Shown here: in pieces, positions 17,113 to 20,000 of the stretch | Position numbering within the stretch: the first letter of the stretch is position 1 | Layout: every line of letters begins with the position of its first letter | NCBI GenBank assembly: GCA_016783505.1 | Contig: JADHWK010000001.1 | Location: forward strand, 177,336-197,335 | DNA from: Candidatus Zhuqueibacterota bacterium | GTDB taxonomy: Bacteria > BS750m-G25 | DNA: 20,000 nt | Direction of reading: 5' to 3' | Made by a program: the position numbers and the translations under genes | Notes under the pieces: generated by a model | Seen by the model: the letters and a program-made list of their open reading frames with translations, nothing else | The model's database searches: none | Told to the model about the DNA's origin: nothing

Positions 17113-18281
17113 GCCTGCTGCCCCCCATGTTCCTTGAAACAAGCGGCCAGTTGACGACCCCCGGCCCCCATATTGCCGATAGCTAGCACGACTACCTTGG
17201 GACCGCTGAGGGCCTTTACTTTACGGTAAACCTCCCCCGCCAAAGCCCCACCCAGGTTGACCATCCGGTCAGGCGAAAATCCCTGACGAAGGGCCCTTCT
17301 CCAGATGGCACGGGTCCTCTCACCAGTTAACACCAGCCAATCAGGCCGAATCCTCTCCCAAACCAGGCTTAAAAGCTGAAGTGATCTTCCAAACCGGTCG
17401 CTGCGTGAGTTAAGGATCACGATCAGGTTTTCAATGGGAGATAGCAAATCCCGGGCTTTTCCCCAAACCACCCAGGTAGAGTCGGGGTCGTTTGCAGCCA
17501 GGGCGTTGACGAAATAAAGGTCCCTATTGTCTTCTAGGATATGGAATATCTGCAGTGCCCCTGGGTCGGGGTAGGCCTTGACCATTCCCCCCAGCGCTGT
17601 CTGCCTCTCTACGCCGCAGGCCTGACAGATTGCCAGGGCCAAGGCCACGTTGTCCTGATGCTCTGGATAGCGGAATCGGGCTATCTCCTCTGGGGAAACA
17701 GAATCCTCCTTGACCGCCTTAAGATCAGTTTTCATCCGCCGGGCTGTCTTCTCCATCAAGGGAAACCATACCCTTTCGGTGGTAAAGGCCTTCCGGCCCT
17801 GGGGGAGGGTATTACAAAGGGATAGGGCCACATCCGTCAGGGTGGGTCCCATCTCATCCAGATGGTCGGGCCTGACATTGGTGAAGACCCCCAGCGTAGA
17901 CCGGATCATCCGCTGCTCACTGATCCATTGAAACTGCGGTTTGACCGCCATACATTCCACCACTAATGCCTGGGGATGCCCTCGGGCGGCAAACCGCAGG
18001 GCCCTAATCTGCTCCCCGATGGAGGGCGACCGCAGCCGATGGATAGGAATTTCCAGCCCATGTTCGTCAATAATCCGGGGAAGGGTACCTGTGGTTTTGG
18101 CGATCGTTCGTATGCCCCCAGCCCGCAGACCAGCGGCTATCAGCCGGGTCACGCTTGATTTTCCCCGGGATCCATTGACGTGAATCCGTGTGGGAATAGC
18201 GGCTAAGGCGCGACCGTGCACCCGATATTCCCACCAACCAAGAAGTATTAAAAAAATGGTGATGAATAGTATAATAATCAT
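17109..18281 (-). CDS. pgsB: Poly-gamma-glutamate synthase PgsB/CapB (Mur-ligase-like ATP-dependent amide ligase)
   Basis: N-terminal TM; RIHVNGSRGKSSVTRLIAAGL, AKTTGT, LVVECMAV, TNVRPDHLDEMG, FVNALAANDPDST, N.RSDR..RS. Confidence 0.95.
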   Translation of the reverse strand: MIIILFITIFLILLGWWEYRVHGRALAAIPTRIHVNGSRGKSSVTRLIAAGLRAGGIRTIAKTTGTLPRIIDEHGLEIPIHRLRSPSIGEQIRALRFAARGHPQALVVECMAVKPQFQWISEQRMIRSTLGVFTNVRPDHLDEMGPTLTDVALSLCNTLPQGRKAFTTERVWFPLMEKTARRMKTDLKAVKEDSVSPEEIARFRYPEHQDNVALALAICQACGVERQTALGGMVKAYPDPGALQIFHILEDNRDLYFVNALAANDPDSTWVVWGKARDLLSPIENLIVILNSRSDRFGRSLQLLSLVWERIRPDWLVLTGERTRAIWRRALRQGFSPDRMVNLGGALAGEVYRKVKALSGPKVVVLAIGNMGAGGRQLAACFKEHGGQQA

Positions 18282-18289
18282 TAATACTC

Positions 18290-18318
18290 AATTTAAAAAT
18301 TTTATTATATAAAGTCAA
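18290..18318 (-). promoter_or_regulatory. Putative sigma70 promoter of the pgs operon
   Basis: TTGACT (18318-18313), 17 nt, TAAATT (18295-18290), ending 8 nt before the pgsB ATG. Confidence 0.5.
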
Positions 18319-18322
18319 CAAT

Positions 18323-18350
18323 AAAAAAACCGGATAACAAAAAATTCCGG
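18323..18350 (-). terminator. Putative intrinsic terminator after the FN3/propeller lipoprotein gene
   Basis: Minus strand GCCGGAATTTTTGTTATCCGGTTTTTTT: CCGGA/TCCGG stem followed by a T run. The loop is large. Confidence 0.45.
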
Positions 18351-18451
18351 CTCCTCATGGATATTTTAATTCATCGGGCGTCTGATCAGGCAGTTGCCAG
18401 AGCTCCTGCCCGATTTGCAGAAATTCCGGGATGTCCATTTACTCCCCGTCT

Positions 18452-19807
18452 TTACTCCACATCTACATCAACGGGGCGATCAAAGCCGGTCAAGGAGCCA
18501 ATCTCCCGCCCGTTTCCATCAAATCGAATGACCCTTCCCCAGTAAGCATCGGCCAATAAAATCCCCTGATGGAACACGCTGGGGTTAACGGCAAGGCTAG
18601 CCGACCAATAGGGATAGTCGAGTACTTTGATGGAATCCTCCCCGGCGGGGTACACCTGCCACACCCCATATGGGTCACTTCCAGGCTGATACCGGATTGC
18701 CCAGCAGTCCCCGGTGCTGTCATTCACGGCAACATCCATAATCAATCCGCTGAGTATGGGTCCTTCCACACCACCGTTGATCCGAAAAAGACCAGTGCGG
18801 GTCCCCACCCAACAGATCCCATCATCACTATACACTGCAATTGAAATAGGACTATCCACTGAGATAGTATCCGGATCGGTGGACGGGGAAGGACTGATCC
18901 GAATCACCCGACCCTCACCCTCATCAGCCAGCCAGGCCCATCCCGACTGGGAGTCCACAGTTATGGTAAGGTAATCTGAACAGGGTAGTCCAGAGAGGGG
19001 ATATTTCGTCAAGCCCCCATCCCGATCCAGACGGACAACGGGCGTCCCCCCTCCCTTCAAGGCCACCCAGCAGTCTTCGCTGGACTGGTCTACGGATAAG
19101 TCCAATGGCCATCCTGTCAATTCCACACTAATCATCTCTTTTCCATTCTTGTCAATCTTGATCACCTGCTGGGCAAAGTAATCTGCAACCCACAAGGTGG
19201 TATCCCGACGATATGCGGCGATTGCCACCGGGTAGCTGAACCTTATAGATAGGGGAAAAAGGTGACTCCCATCGTAGGTAATCTTGGTAATCCAACCCCA
19301 GGAATCGGCCACCCAGTAGTTGAAGGGACCGGGGCGGATGGAATCGAAGGGCGAGGGTGGACTTTCGTAACCTTCGGTGAGAGCCGTTATCCAATAGGTA
19401 TATATTGTATCATAGAACACCGTGGAATCGGCATATTGAGAGATTTTTCCAACCACTGAGAATGTATCAAATTCCGTTTGTCCTGAACATTTACGGAAAA
19501 TCCGGTATCCCAACATTCCTTCAACGGAAATGTCATCCCACTCAACGGTCACCTTCCGTTTGTCCGAGACCAGCCGCAGGCCGGTGGGCTTGCCATCCGT
19601 CTCCGGATTCAAGGGATCCAACGGGTTAGTCCGCTCCCTCTCGGAACATCCCCAGAAGACCAGCAGGGCCAGGATCAACCAGCTTAACCGCTTAGCGATC
19701 CATAGAGAACCACTACTTTTGAAAAAGCAGAGGGGCAAGGGCGCAGAGCAGACAAGGTGAAGTTCAGGATTTAGTCCATTATGTCTATTAATTGCGTTAG
19801 CCATCAA
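18452..19807 (-). CDS. Lipoprotein with fibronectin type III-like domain and NHL/YWTD-like beta-propeller; true start uncertain
   Basis: Lipobox LVFWGC then RERTNPLDP; FN3-like (PTGL...VTVEWD...GYRIFR...YTYWITA...ES.PS); repeated blades P.AIAA...LWVAD, PLDLSVD...CWVA, PVDVDVE. The first 23 codons of the track ORF may be IS sequence; an in-frame TTG is at 19738. Confidence 0.75.
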   Translation of the reverse strand: MMANAINRHNGLNPELHLVCSAPLPLCFFKSSGSLWIAKRLSWLILALLVFWGCSERERTNPLDPLNPETDGKPTGLRLVSDKRKVTVEWDDISVEGMLGYRIFRKCSGQTEFDTFSVVGKISQYADSTVFYDTIYTYWITALTEGYESPPSPFDSIRPGPFNYWVADSWGWITKITYDGSHLFPLSIRFSYPVAIAAYRRDTTLWVADYFAQQVIKIDKNGKEMISVELTGWPLDLSVDQSSEDCWVALKGGGTPVVRLDRDGGLTKYPLSGLPCSDYLTITVDSQSGWAWLADEGEGRVIRISPSPSTDPDTISVDSPISIAVYSDDGICWVGTRTGLFRINGGVEGPILSGLIMDVAVNDSTGDCWAIRYQPGSDPYGVWQVYPAGEDSIKVLDYPYWSASLAVNPSVFHQGILLADAYWGRVIRFDGNGREIGSLTGFDRPVDVDVE

Positions 19808-20000
19808 TTTGCGGCAAGGTGTTTTCAGTAATATCAGTGATTCGTTGTCAGTTGCTTATTGTTTTTGGTAATTGACCACTAAAGTTGCACTAAAATTGTT
19901 CTTTGATAACTGGCTGATTCAAGTATTTTCTTAAGATTTTTAGCAAGTTTTCATCTCTGTGATTGAATCTCCACTCGATTTCTTTCAGATAGAGATGGAA
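19739..20000 (-). mobile_element. Downstream end of an IS1595-family insertion sequence (boundary tentative)
   Basis: AT-rich segment containing the transposase end. Candidate terminal inverted repeat GGGCGCAGAGCAGACAAG at 19739-19756 resembles IS1016-group GGGGCTG...AGA ends. The other end is outside the window. Confidence 0.5.
19890..20000 (-). CDS. C-terminal end of an IS1595-family (IS1016-like) transposase
   Basis: Hand translation FHLYLKEIEWRFNHRDENLLKILRKYLNQPVIKEQF* matches the F.L[H/Y]LKE.E[F/W]RFN.R C-terminal motif of IS1595-family DDE transposases. Only 36 aa are visible. Confidence 0.8.
   Translation of the reverse strand, partial: FHLYLKEIEWRFNHRDENLLKILRKYLNQPVIKEQF

Noticed and set aside
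157-19760. Many short plus-strand and alternate-frame ORFs in the track (e.g. 6328..6981, 3420..3977, 11533..12039, 16658..17128)
   Set aside because: All overlap well-supported minus-strand genes and show no recognisable motifs; expected shadow ORFs in GC-rich coding DNA.

Overview
Bacterial window with every recognisable gene on the minus strand. T9SS-type C-terminal sorting domains suggest a diderm FCB-superphylum lineage (inference). Reading in transcription order from right to left: the 3' end of an IS1595-family transposase missed by the ORF track; an FN3/beta-propeller lipoprotein; a poly-gamma-glutamate (PGA) cluster pgsB-pgsC-pgsW with no pgsA/capA, capD or capE in the window; a very basic two-repeat exported protein overlapping an Arg-rich outer-membrane beta-barrel; an LVIVD-repeat lipoprotein; two tandem ~1,700-aa gingipain-like (C25) T9SS cargo proteins that both lack the canonical catalytic His; and a type IV pilin followed by pilT (truncated by the window edge). 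The best candidate for a new system is a PGA synthesis locus with its own trans-envelope export module (basic periplasmic adaptor plus cationic barrel). The His-less C25 pair is second. Intergenic regions hold several small palindromic REP/MITE-like elements.
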